Below are positions 9,076-16,536 of a DNA stretch of 36,522 bases, piece after piece. The notes below the pieces were generated by a model. It did not search any database. It was not told the DNA's origin and saw only the letters and a list, made by a program, of their open reading frames with translations. The DNA lies in IMG/VR virus record IMGVR_UViG_3300005612_000008, positions 1 through 36,522 of that record; one strand, 5' to 3'. The DNA comes from a virus. Its lineage: Duplodnaviria; Caudoviricetes. The translations under genes were made by a program, and so were the position numbers. Numbering within the stretch: position 1 is the stretch's first letter; the number at the start of each line of letters is the position of its first letter.

Positions 9076-9906
9076 TTAGAGTAGGTATTTGGGAATTGTT
9101 AGTGGCTGGGGCTCTTCTTCCGCAAGATATCCCGGCCACGAGTTATTTTGTTTGCACTGAGCAAATGTGTCAAGCGCATTTTTGGATATTATTTTGCCGG
9201 CTTGCTGCTCCTCGCGGTCAAGGTAATGCCAGAGGGCTGTATATCTGGGCTTGTCCAGGCAAAAGCAAAATAGGAAATTGCGGTGTGGCAGTCCTACGGC
9301 TCGGGCGGCACGCTTGTACCAGGCTTCCTGGATGTGGTATCCAAATTTCCCGCATGTCCGCGATATTTCGCCGGGCTCGTCACTGTGGACCTTTTTAAGG
9401 TCGACAATTACGTCGTGCCCGTCGGGTAGCCAGTCAAAACGCGCCTTGCACGGTACGCCAGTGCCCTTGTCGATCCAGAATACGGAAACCTCAGGCTTCC
9501 CCCCGGCGAAGAGCGCGCGGCCAAGTCCCGACTCGTGCACGGCGTTCGCCATGTTGGCCGCATGGAAATACTGACCATCAGTGATGACCGTTTTGTCTGT
9601 GTTCTGCGCTTCCCATGCTTCCGCTTCAGCTCTCCCGGATTTGGTCCGCCTGTTGAATTTCGGGGCAACCACAAACTGGGCTTGAAACTCTTCTGTCGGG
9701 GGATTCTCCAGCGCGAGGAGGTGGAATAGCGTCCCTAACACCATGTCCGGCGATTGCTTTCGCTCGAGCTGGCGTTCGCGTTGCATGTCTAGCGGGCTAC
9801 GGCCGGAGATCACCTTTAGCATGGACGAGGATAGGGCGGGCACCGCAAGATAGTCCTCAAACGGCATATTCTCGACAATGCCTAGCTTAAACTGTACCCC
9901 TGGCAT
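9076..9906 (-). CDS. RecE / exonuclease VIII-like PD-(D/E)XK exonuclease (DUF3799-type)
   Basis: Y...ALSSSMLK, GTLFHLLALE, EVSVFW, CKARFDW, IVDLK and YHIQEAWY motifs. Confidence 0.9.
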   Translation of the reverse strand: MPGVQFKLGIVENMPFEDYLAVPALSSSMLKVISGRSPLDMQRERQLERKQSPDMVLGTLFHLLALENPPTEEFQAQFVVAPKFNRRTKSGRAEAEAWEAQNTDKTVITDGQYFHAANMANAVHESGLGRALFAGGKPEVSVFWIDKGTGVPCKARFDWLPDGHDVIVDLKKVHSDEPGEISRTCGKFGYHIQEAWYKRAARAVGLPHRNFLFCFCLDKPRYTALWHYLDREEQQAGKIISKNALDTFAQCKQNNSWPGYLAEEEPQPLTIPKYLL

Positions 9907-10121
9907 TATGCCGGCTCTCCGTCAAGCGGCGTGTTTTTCTCCAGGATTTGGCGTGCGATAGAGCAGCACTCCCAGGCCGACGTTCCCTTTTCGTAAAGGC
10001 GTTTCGCCGTTCTGATGGCCGCTTGGCGCACGAGGGCAGTAGCGTTTATCTGGTCGGCGTATTTCTCAATATGGAGAATCACTGGGCGATAAGTGGCTTG
10101 CAAGATGTTTCCGTTGGCCAT
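9906..10121 (-). CDS. Hypothetical protein (early left operon)
   Basis: GAGG RBS; coupled to the RecE-like start. Confidence 0.65.
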   Translation of the reverse strand: MANGNILQATYRPVILHIEKYADQINATALVRQAAIRTAKRLYEKGTSAWECCSIARQILEKNTPLDGEPA

Positions 10122-10131
10122 GTTGGTGCCT

Positions 10132-10323
10132 CTAATTTTGGGTGGCGGTTGAGTGGTGTTCGCGGTTGTAGTTTTCTATGGCGCTTACAAGCGCCTTGGG
10201 GGCGCTCTTAGGCAAGTTCAGCCCGAAAGCAGGGATGTTGGACTCGAGCGCGTAGGAGTGGCGATAGGCGGCACGCCAGTATCCCTGGCGCTCTAGTTCG
10301 TAGGAGAGTTGCTGTCCGGTCAT
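10132..10323 (-). CDS. Hypothetical protein, first gene of the left operon (start revised to 10323)
   Basis: AGAGGA RBS before the ATG at 10323, downstream of the leftward promoter. Confidence 0.55.
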   Translation of the reverse strand: MTGQQLSYELERQGYWRAAYRHSYALESNIPAFGLNLPKSAPKALVSAIENYNREHHSTATQN

Positions 10324-10360
10324 GTTTGCTTTCCTCTTGTTTGCTGGTCGGTACAGTTCA

Positions 10361-10405
10361 ATCCTAGACCATGGATTTGCAATTTGCAAATATTTTTGCT
10401 ATATT
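10361..10405. promoter_or_regulatory. Crossed divergent sigma70-like promoters sharing the palindrome ATTTGCAA-T-TTGCAAAT
   Basis: Rightward TTGCAA(10377-82)-17bp-TATATT(10400-05) with extended TG; leftward TTGCAA(10389-84)-17bp-TAGGAT(10366-61). Confidence 0.75.
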
Positions 10406-10432
10406 TCTGCCATGATCTAGGAGCGCGCACCC

Positions 10433-10693
10433 ATGAGTGATTACCAGACTATGCCGCCATCAATTGATGTTACTTGCCCGTATTGCTTGAGGGTATTCAC
10501 GCCAGAGAAAAGCGAAATTCCATCAAGTGGCGAAATCCATGAATGCGAATTTTGCCATTCCAAATACTATCTTGACTTAGACGAGGGCTGGTATATCGCA
10601 ACGCCGGACTGCAAGCTAAATGGCAAAGAGCACAAGTTTAGTCTTGAGCCTAATGGCCCCTGCATTGTTTGCGGATCAATAAACGACTTTTAA
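10433..10693 (+). CDS. Zinc-ribbon protein
   Basis: CPYC, CEFC and CIVC motifs; AGGAG RBS. Confidence 0.7.
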   Translation: MSDYQTMPPSIDVTCPYCLRVFTPEKSEIPSSGEIHECEFCHSKYYLDLDEGWYIATPDCKLNGKEHKFSLEPNGPCIVCGSINDF

Positions 10694-10711
10694 ATATCGG
10701 ATAAAACAATT

Positions 10712-10948
10712 ATGAAATTACCGAAAGAAGAATTAGAAAAGTGCGCGACGAAGGAGTCTTTTTTCGCGCTGATTATTAGTGCTGCTGGCGGGCTGGAGAA
10801 AGCGTCTGAGTTGCTTGATGTATCCCAATCATACCTTTCCCAACTAAGAAGCGGGAAGCGCAAGCCCTCGCCCGAGATGGCACTCCGTATAGAGCTGAAG
10901 CTAAACTCCCAGCTCAGAGCTGCATGGCTCCTTTGGGGCCGTAAATGA
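10712..10948 (+). CDS. Cro/XRE-like helix-turn-helix regulator
   Basis: GGLEKASELLDVSQSYLSQLRSGKRKPSPEMALRIE is an XRE/YdaS-type HTH; there is no peptidase domain. Confidence 0.88.
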   Translation: MKLPKEELEKCATKESFFALIISAAGGLEKASELLDVSQSYLSQLRSGKRKPSPEMALRIELKLNSQLRAAWLLWGRK

Positions 10949-10958
10949 GGTAAACACA

Positions 10959-11078
10959 ATGAGTATCGATGCTGGTTCAATTCTGGCCGCGCTCGCACTG
11001 TTATGGGCGGGCGTTTACCTGAGCGCGGTAGTCGGGCGCTACGTGGCGCATAAGTATTTTTGGAAGCGAAGCGAATGA
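10959..11078 (+). CDS. 39-aa single-pass membrane microprotein
   Basis: GAGG RBS; MSIDAGSILAALALLWAGVYLSAVVGRYVAHKYFWKRSE. Confidence 0.7.
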   Translation: MSIDAGSILAALALLWAGVYLSAVVGRYVAHKYFWKRSE

Positions 11079-11212
11079 TTGGCGGTGGCGGAGGATTAGC
11101 CGAGTTTCTAGCGCTATCAATGCTGGCGTTTGTCTTCATCGGCGTGGTTGCAGTGGTGGCGCACAGAGTGGCTTCGTTTTTGTTTTGGCCAAAAAGGGGC
11201 GGGAATGATTGA
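11075..11212 (+). CDS. 45-aa single-pass membrane microprotein
   Basis: ATGA overlap with the previous stop; MIGGGGGLAEFLALSMLAFVFIGVVAVVAHRVASFLFWPKRGGND. Confidence 0.65.
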   Translation: MIGGGGGLAEFLALSMLAFVFIGVVAVVAHRVASFLFWPKRGGND

Positions 11213-11327
11213 CTTGACGTTGGATTTACTTGTTGCCGTGTCGCTTATATTTCTCCTGTACGTTCTCGGGTATGGGATTGACGACTTCATTCCAAAGAAA
11301 TACCGGCGGCGGACAAAGCAGAAGTAA
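11205..11327 (+). CDS. 40-aa single-pass membrane microprotein
   Basis: Overlaps the previous stop by 8 nt; MIDLTLDLLVAVSLIFLLYVLGYGIDDFIPKKYRRRTKQK. Confidence 0.65.
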   Translation: MIDLTLDLLVAVSLIFLLYVLGYGIDDFIPKKYRRRTKQK

Positions 11328-11330
11328 TAG

Positions 11331-11359
11331 TTGCGCACAGCGATGTTGCGCGATATAAT
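11331..11359 (+). promoter_or_regulatory. sigma70-like promoter for the leader/AlpA/replication operon
   Basis: TTGCGC-17bp-TATAAT. Confidence 0.8.
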
Positions 11360-11364
11360 TCCCG

Positions 11365-11645
11365 GCGCACTTGGATTCGCTTTCCTGCTACTAGTGCAAG
11401 CGCCCGTTAGGCGGAGCTGGTCACTCCGCCGCTATTAACGGGCGTTTTTCATTCCAACCTGTATTCACCGTCATTCCACTCGGGATGCCAAGACCCAAGC
11501 CACGGACGGCAAGGTCAAGCCAGACACCTTGGTGTTGATAAGCACCTATGGCGGTGAATTTGGGAATGCAATTTTCAAAATCCAATATTCCTAACCGCAC
11601 TGCCACCCATGTATGCTCCCCACATGGCAAGCAACCTTGTGGAGG
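11365..11645 (+). ncRNA. Structured leader RNA / putative sRNA plus attenuator
   Basis: Nested stems CGCCCGTTA/TAACGGGCG and GGCGGAG/CTCCGCC followed by T5; long-range pair ATTCACCGTCAT/ATGGCGGTGAAT; GCC-ACGGAC-GGC hairpin; no convincing CDS over ~290 nt. Confidence 0.55.
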
Positions 11646-11654
11646 CGCATCCCA

Positions 11655-11879
11655 ATGCAAGTTATCACCCCCCGTCTGAACGAAAGACAGGCTGCGGAAT
11701 TTCTCGGTCTCTCTCACCGCACGCTGCAATGCTGGCGGCGGATCGGACGCGGACCCACCTTCCTCAAAATCGGCGAGGCCGTACGGTACGACCGAGCAGA
11801 GCTGGAGCGTTACTTGGCTGCCCAAGTTCGACAGTCAACGAGCGATCCATGCGATAACAAGCTTCGGTCAGGCGATTGA
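11655..11879 (+). CDS. AlpA/excisionase-like winged-HTH DNA-binding protein
   Basis: LNERQAAEFLGLSHRTLQCWRRIGRGPTFLKIGEAVRYDRAELERYL; GGAGG RBS at 11641. Confidence 0.9.
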   Translation: MQVITPRLNERQAAEFLGLSHRTLQCWRRIGRGPTFLKIGEAVRYDRAELERYLAAQVRQSTSDPCDNKLRSGD

Positions 11880-11938
11880 GGGGGAAACGATGCGATACGC
11901 GCCACGCGGGCGCGGTTTCCCTTCCGGCGCGACCGCCT

Positions 11939-12277
11939 ATGCCCATCAGACAAGAATTCCCCCCTCTCAAAAAACACGGACGCGGCCAAGGCGCCGACTG
12001 CGCGTCGGAAGGTTTCCGCCGGTGGTGGCGCGCTGAGGCCTCGAGAATCCGCGACGAAAATCCAAAATCCGATCCGGCTCGTGGGTTCGATGCCTACATG
12101 CGGTTGCTTAAGGCTGTCGACACGGCGATCTGGTGTCGGGCATGCGGCAATCATCGCCTGCACTCGGTCGCGGCTTCAGGGGCCCTAAATCGGGCTTTCT
12201 GCCGTGGTTGCGGAGAGGTTGGCGTGTTCTGTCGCGGCGTTGTGGTCTATCACCCGAGGTTTCGCCTTAGGAGTTGA
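11939..12277 (+). CDS. Hypothetical zinc-ribbon protein
   Basis: CRACG...CRGCG motifs; start uncertain (11876 or 11939). Confidence 0.55.
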   Translation: MPIRQEFPPLKKHGRGQGADCASEGFRRWWRAEASRIRDENPKSDPARGFDAYMRLLKAVDTAIWCRACGNHRLHSVAASGALNRAFCRGCGEVGVFCRGVVVYHPRFRLRS

Positions 12278-12342
12278 CGCGCCACACGTGGTGGTTTATG
12301 GTGGTGCCTCCATCCCAATCAGGTTGAATCAAAATTCCCACC

Positions 12343-12747
12343 ATGACCGCGACTATTGAGTTTGATACCAGACCCACACCCCCGTACTGGCACACACCGC
12401 ACTTTGATGTGCATCCCTTAATCCTGACCCGCGAACTACAGCAGAGCCTTGACGACGCGCCGTATGGGCATCGAGGGATATGCCTTGAGTTACTCGAGTC
12501 AGCGTGGGACTCGGCGCGCAGGAACGACGGTCCTGCAGGCACATTGCTTGAAGGATCGCTTCCGGTTGAAGATCTGGGTTTTGCTGAAGCAATCGGGTTC
12601 GTTGAGCACACGAACGGCTACCTCTACCACCCCGAGCTGACGCGACAGGTTTTAGCCATCCTGAAGATTAGGGAGGATGCTGCCAAGCGGTCGCGCGACT
12701 ACCGGCGCCGCCTTAAGGCCAAGCGATCACAAAAGTGTGCTGCGTGA
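12343..12747 (+). CDS. Truncated paralog of the replication-initiator N-terminal domain
   Basis: PTPPYW, AWDS...PAGTL and GFVEHTNGYLYHPELTRQVL align with PEPPYP, AWQSIPCGSY and GWILHSDNRLYHPYITGQVL of the next gene. Confidence 0.7.
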   Translation: MTATIEFDTRPTPPYWHTPHFDVHPLILTRELQQSLDDAPYGHRGICLELLESAWDSARRNDGPAGTLLEGSLPVEDLGFAEAIGFVEHTNGYLYHPELTRQVLAILKIREDAAKRSRDYRRRLKAKRSQKCAA

Positions 12748-12757
12748 GGGCGTGCAG

Positions 12758-13831
12758 ATGGCTCTCAAATCAGTCTCCCGAAACCCACTCCCAGAACCTC
12801 CTTACCCGGCTGATACGCAAGTCGGCGGGTATCGGCCCATGGTGGATTTGCAGCGAGCGCTATGCAGCGACACATGGATTTTAGCCGATGATGAGGTTCG
12901 CCCTTGGCTCTGGCAACTCTGGTTCATGGCTTGGCAGTCGATCCCTTGCGGAAGTTATCCGGCCAGCGACAAATTAATTTGTAAGACCATCCGAGCGAAT
13001 CCATCGTTCTTCAAAGGCTACCGCGAACAGCTGATGCGTGGGTGGATTTTGCATTCGGATAACAGGCTTTATCACCCATATATTACCGGCCAAGTGCTCG
13101 AAATGCTGGTCGGTCGGAAGGCGAGGCGCGACAGGATGGCGAAATATAACGCTAAACGAAAGGAGGCAAAACAAGTCCAGCAAAAACCGACCGGGAATCA
13201 AGAGGAAATACTTTCTTCCTCTAATTTACCTTCACAAGAAACCACTAATGTTGACGCGTCAATGACGTGTCATAGCCCCGTCATTGACAGACTTGATAGT
13301 AAACGTGAACTTAAAGAAGAAAAAGAAAAAAGAGAAGTGAAAGAGAAAAACGAAAACGAGGCGCTCGAGCTTCCGCAAAATCCGGCCAAAAAAAAGAGGG
13401 CACCGCACAAAAAAAAGACGCCATGGATTTTACCTGACGGGATAGATTCTCAAATTTGGGAAGACTTCCTCGCCGACAGGTCGGAGCGGAAAATAAAAAC
13501 AACTGACCGACAAAAAACCATGGCGGCAAATGTGCTGCTAAAATTTCCTGGAGATTCCGAAAGCCAACGCCGCTGTGTAGACGCCACTATCGCAGCGGCC
13601 TACCCAACGCTCTACGAGGAACGAGGCCATGACCGAGCCAACCAATCCCGCACTATCCATCACATCCACACAAACGCAGCTGACCAACGGCGCCAAGAAA
13701 TCGCCGACGCCCTCGACAACTCGATTCGAAAGCAGCATCCCGACAATTTGGGTGAAGGCGATTTTCAAGAAGTTTGCGGCGATGTACGGGCGCAGGTGGC
13801 AGGATTCATTCCCCCAAACCGGGAACGGTGA
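12758..13831 (+). CDS. Phage replication initiator (O-like; DUF1376/YdaU-type N-terminus)
   Basis: N-terminal WQSIPCGSYPASD...LYHP domain, basic linker with an A-rich tract, C-terminal LPDGIDSQIWEDFLADR domain; precedes a P-like gene. Confidence 0.8.
   Translation: MALKSVSRNPLPEPPYPADTQVGGYRPMVDLQRALCSDTWILADDEVRPWLWQLWFMAWQSIPCGSYPASDKLICKTIRANPSFFKGYREQLMRGWILHSDNRLYHPYITGQVLEMLVGRKARRDRMAKYNAKRKEAKQVQQKPTGNQEEILSSSNLPSQETTNVDASMTCHSPVIDRLDSKRELKEEKEKREVKEKNENEALELPQNPAKKKRAPHKKKTPWILPDGIDSQIWEDFLADRSERKIKTTDRQKTMAANVLLKFPGDSESQRRCVDATIAAAYPTLYEERGHDRANQSRTIHHIHTNAADQRRQEIADALDNSIRKQHPDNLGEGDFQEVCGDVRAQVAGFIPPNRER
13251..13420. other. Putative replication origin inside the initiator gene
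   Basis: Adjacent TGAC-N2-GTCA palindromes (TTGACGCGTCAA, ATGACGTGTCAT) and GTCATTGAC, then a purine/A-rich tract, as in lambdoid origins. Confidence 0.55.
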
Positions 13832-14258
13832 GTCGTTCGAGCAGATCATTGAGGGCGCAACCGAAGCGTGGGTTGCTGGACTGGCGGGGATGGGCCCCCA
13901 GCAGATCGCCCTTGCTTTGAACGTCTGTCGGCAAGAATCCGAATGGCCGCCGAACATCGCCCAGTTTCGGAAGGCCGGGGGCATGGGCGCTCGAGACGAC
14001 TGCCATGGGTCAGCCGCCTACGTGCCCTTCGACCGTTGCGCTGCCAGGCCCAAGGCACCGCTTACGCCAGAGGCCCGTGGGGAGTTGGAGCAGAGCGCTG
14101 AGGCCCATATCAAGAAAATCCGGGAGGTCCTGCGCAAGCGAGGGAGCTGGGGCGGCGGCTTGATGCCTGGTGCTGATGGCGGTCCGCTGGGGCAAGGCGA
14201 ATTTAGCGACTTGAGGGCTGGGATACAGGCCTTCTACCGGGAAAATCGGAAAAGGTAG
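13629..14258 (+). CDS. Replication protein P-like helicase loader
   Basis: IFKKFAAMYGRRW...WVAGLAGM...IALALNVC...WPPNIAQFR pattern; overlaps the initiator C-terminus by ~200 bp. Confidence 0.7.
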   Translation: MTEPTNPALSITSTQTQLTNGAKKSPTPSTTRFESSIPTIWVKAIFKKFAAMYGRRWQDSFPQTGNGESFEQIIEGATEAWVAGLAGMGPQQIALALNVCRQESEWPPNIAQFRKAGGMGARDDCHGSAAYVPFDRCAARPKAPLTPEARGELEQSAEAHIKKIREVLRKRGSWGGGLMPGADGGPLGQGEFSDLRAGIQAFYRENRKR

Positions 14259-14520
14259 TCTCCCCTCCCCTTATTTTTTAGAAAGTTTGCCGGGTATTAG
14301 CCCGCCCAGCATGCCTGGGCGGGTTCCCGGCTACCACCACGGCTCCTAGCGCGCCAAAACGCCTTAGATCGCTTCTTTGGGGGCCGGGCTCCTAGCCGCT
14401 GCTAAGCACTAGCTAGCCGCTGCTTGGCAAGACTGAACCAAAATCGCGTATTTTCGTTCAGTGGCAGTTGGGCGAAATTTTTCCGCCCAGCTATCTGACC
14501 CCAAGATAGCCCCTAGCTAG

Positions 14521-14573
14521 TTCGCAGATTGCAATATTTGCAGCTTGCAATTCCTCGGAAGGTGTTACATACT
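14521..14573 (+). promoter_or_regulatory. Promoter with two tandem operator-like palindromes
   Basis: TTCGCA-GAT-TGCAAT (14521-35) and TTTGCA-GCT-TGCAAT (14537-51); TTGCAA-17bp-CATACT. Confidence 0.65.
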
Positions 14574-14596
14574 TTGGACTGACATGAGGAAACACG

Positions 14597-14920
14597 ATGC
14601 CACGTAAAAACTACCCGGGCAGAGGCAAGGTCCGCGGCCCGAAGGCGCGGACGAACTGGGGTCTGGTCCAGACAAACAACGAGCCAGTACCTACGCGCAG
14701 CTTTCGCCTTCGCCGAGACCAGCTGCTTTACCTGCTTCAGTTGGGTGAAGGCAATATGTCGAAGGGCTTTCGCGATTGTATCGACTATCACATGCGCGAA
14801 AATACCGGGAAAGAATATTGGGACGAAGAGTTCGACTTTGGCGAACTCGGCGAGCCCGATAAAGACGGGAATTGGAAGAATATCCCCCCAATCGATGAAT
14901 GCAAAAAGGGCGAGAAATGA
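14597..14920 (+). CDS. Ribbon-helix-helix-like DNA-binding protein
   Basis: TRSFRLRRDQLLYLLQLGEGNMSKGFRDCIDYHM (strand-helix-helix pattern); GAGGA RBS. Confidence 0.55.
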   Translation: MPRKNYPGRGKVRGPKARTNWGLVQTNNEPVPTRSFRLRRDQLLYLLQLGEGNMSKGFRDCIDYHMRENTGKEYWDEEFDFGELGEPDKDGNWKNIPPIDECKKGEK

Positions 14921-15507
14921 GTAAGAAAATTATCAGCGTGGCCGATAAAATCGGCGTTCAACTCGATATCATCAGAGCGGAGGCGCTGGGCTTGTCGCGT
15001 CCTGATGCGCCAGAAAAGCCAGAGTTCAATCAAATTGCAATTGACCTGGTCAAAAAGTCTGAGGGTATTAGGCTTTCTGCGTACCCCGACCCGGTCGGGG
15101 CTTGGACTATCGGCTATGGGCACACCGGGTTCGTCGATGGCACCAAGGTCGGTAAAGGGATGAAGATTACCAAGGATAAGGCTAGGGCGCTTCTTGTCGG
15201 CGACATGCGTAAAGCTAAGAACGCGATATTGGACTTGGTAGACGTGGAATTGAACGACAATCAGATCTCTGCTTTGATTTCATTCGTTTTTAATGTTGGC
15301 GTTGGCGCCTTTGAAATATCAACGCTTCTTAAAAAACTGAAAAAAAGGGATCATTTCGGTGCGGCGGGTGAATTTGACAGGTGGATCTATGGCACGGACC
15401 GTCGAACCGGGGGAAAAATAAAGCTGAAGGGACTTATTGCTCGGCGCGCAATAGAGCGCGACTTATTTTGTGGCTTTCATTCTGACATGGGGAGGGAAGA
15501 TATATGA
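14917..15507 (+). CDS. Endolysin, GH24 (T4-like) phage lysozyme
   Basis: EGIRLSAYPDPVGAWTIGYGHT carries the catalytic E-x8-D-x5-T triad; also ALISFVFNVG and GLIARRAIE. Confidence 0.95.
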   Translation: MSKKIISVADKIGVQLDIIRAEALGLSRPDAPEKPEFNQIAIDLVKKSEGIRLSAYPDPVGAWTIGYGHTGFVDGTKVGKGMKITKDKARALLVGDMRKAKNAILDLVDVELNDNQISALISFVFNVGVGAFEISTLLKKLKKRDHFGAAGEFDRWIYGTDRRTGGKIKLKGLIARRAIERDLFCGFHSDMGREDI

Positions 15508-16097
15508 AAATCATCTGCCCCGCACCATCAAAAATGGGCACGGTATCCCTGTGCGCAGCGCTGAAGCAATTAGGGATTGCCGTCGCGCACTATCCGCATG
15601 ATGAGGTGGTGCAGCACTATTCGTTGCGGCTTGGTGAGCCGCCGACGCGAACTATCGATTATTCAGACGGCATCGCAGATCTACCGGCTGCAATATGGTG
15701 GCGCGAGCTTATGGGCATCTACCCCGACTCGCAGATTATCGTTACTTACCGAAACTTCGACGCGTGGGTAAAATCCATGCTAACGCATTACGCCAATAAC
15801 CCGCCATCGCCCACAGGATATTCTGTCCATGACGCCTTGAGAATTGCTTTTTACGGGTTTTGCGGGGTGAACGCCGACAAGTGGACTGAAGTCGCAAATC
15901 GCCATTACGTCGCTTTAGCTAGAGCGGCAGAACTAGATGTGTTCGCCCACTGGCACTACATCGACCTTGATGGCGATAATGAGCAAAATTGGCGCGAGTT
16001 GTGCGATTTTCTGACTCGTAATACCGGCATAGATTATTCCGAAGAGCGAGAAACAATGACGTTCCCGCACCTGAATAAAACAGTGGGTGAGAAATGA
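15504..16097 (+). CDS. Sulfotransferase-family protein (Sulfotransfer_4-like)
   Basis: 5'-PSB-like APSKMGTVSL; DLPAAIWWRELMGIYPDSQIIVTYRNFDAWVKS (3'-PB R...S); WRELCDFL; FPHLN. Confidence 0.85.
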   Translation: MKIICPAPSKMGTVSLCAALKQLGIAVAHYPHDEVVQHYSLRLGEPPTRTIDYSDGIADLPAAIWWRELMGIYPDSQIIVTYRNFDAWVKSMLTHYANNPPSPTGYSVHDALRIAFYGFCGVNADKWTEVANRHYVALARAAELDVFAHWHYIDLDGDNEQNWRELCDFLTRNTGIDYSEERETMTFPHLNKTVGEK

Positions 16098-16288
16098 GTT
16101 GCCAAGACACAACAGAATATGAGCGGTCAGGCGAGATGATTGAGGAACTTGCCGATAGGGTTTCGCGTCTTGAGTTGAGCGTGCTGGCGATGTCTGCCGC
16201 AATTTCCGATATGGGTGCGACGATTGGCATGCTTAAAATGGATACAGAAATAATAAGGATTGAGCAAAAAAATACTTTCTTCCTCTAA
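16094..16288 (+). CDS. Small coiled-coil hypothetical protein
   Basis: ATGA overlap; heptad pattern. Confidence 0.55.
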   Translation: MSCQDTTEYERSGEMIEELADRVSRLELSVLAMSAAISDMGATIGMLKMDTEIIRIEQKNTFFL

Positions 16289-16290
16289 TA

Positions 16291-16479
16291 ATGCCCCACA
16301 AACACCAATCTTGTAGACAATGTGAGCACTACAGGCGCGGGCATGGCACGCCAATACGGGGCGGCGTTTCATGTGGTGCGCCAACATGCGCCTTGGCTCG
16401 AGAGCACCGCAATACGCGGATTTTAGTGCCGAGCGCGACAAGGGTTTGCGACTTATTTGATGAGGTAAATCGTGGGTAA
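16291..16479 (+). CDS. Small Cys-rich hypothetical protein
   Basis: CRQCEHY...C...C...CDLF. Confidence 0.55.
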   Translation: MPHKHQSCRQCEHYRRGHGTPIRGGVSCGAPTCALAREHRNTRILVPSATRVCDLFDEVNRG

Positions 16480-16536
16480 CAGAAGGGAATGTAATTTGGG
16501 TAACCGAGAGTATGGCGCTCATAATGGCCGGGCTGG

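Noticed and set aside
11401-11449. Firm assignment as C4/CI antisense RNA
   Set aside because: I found no complementary target for the CTGGTCA loop (GTGACCAG) in the leader, so it is kept only as an analogy.
11655-11879. Evidence of integration/excision from the excisionase-like gene
   Set aside because: No integrase or att site was recognised, and AlpA-like proteins are often plain regulators.
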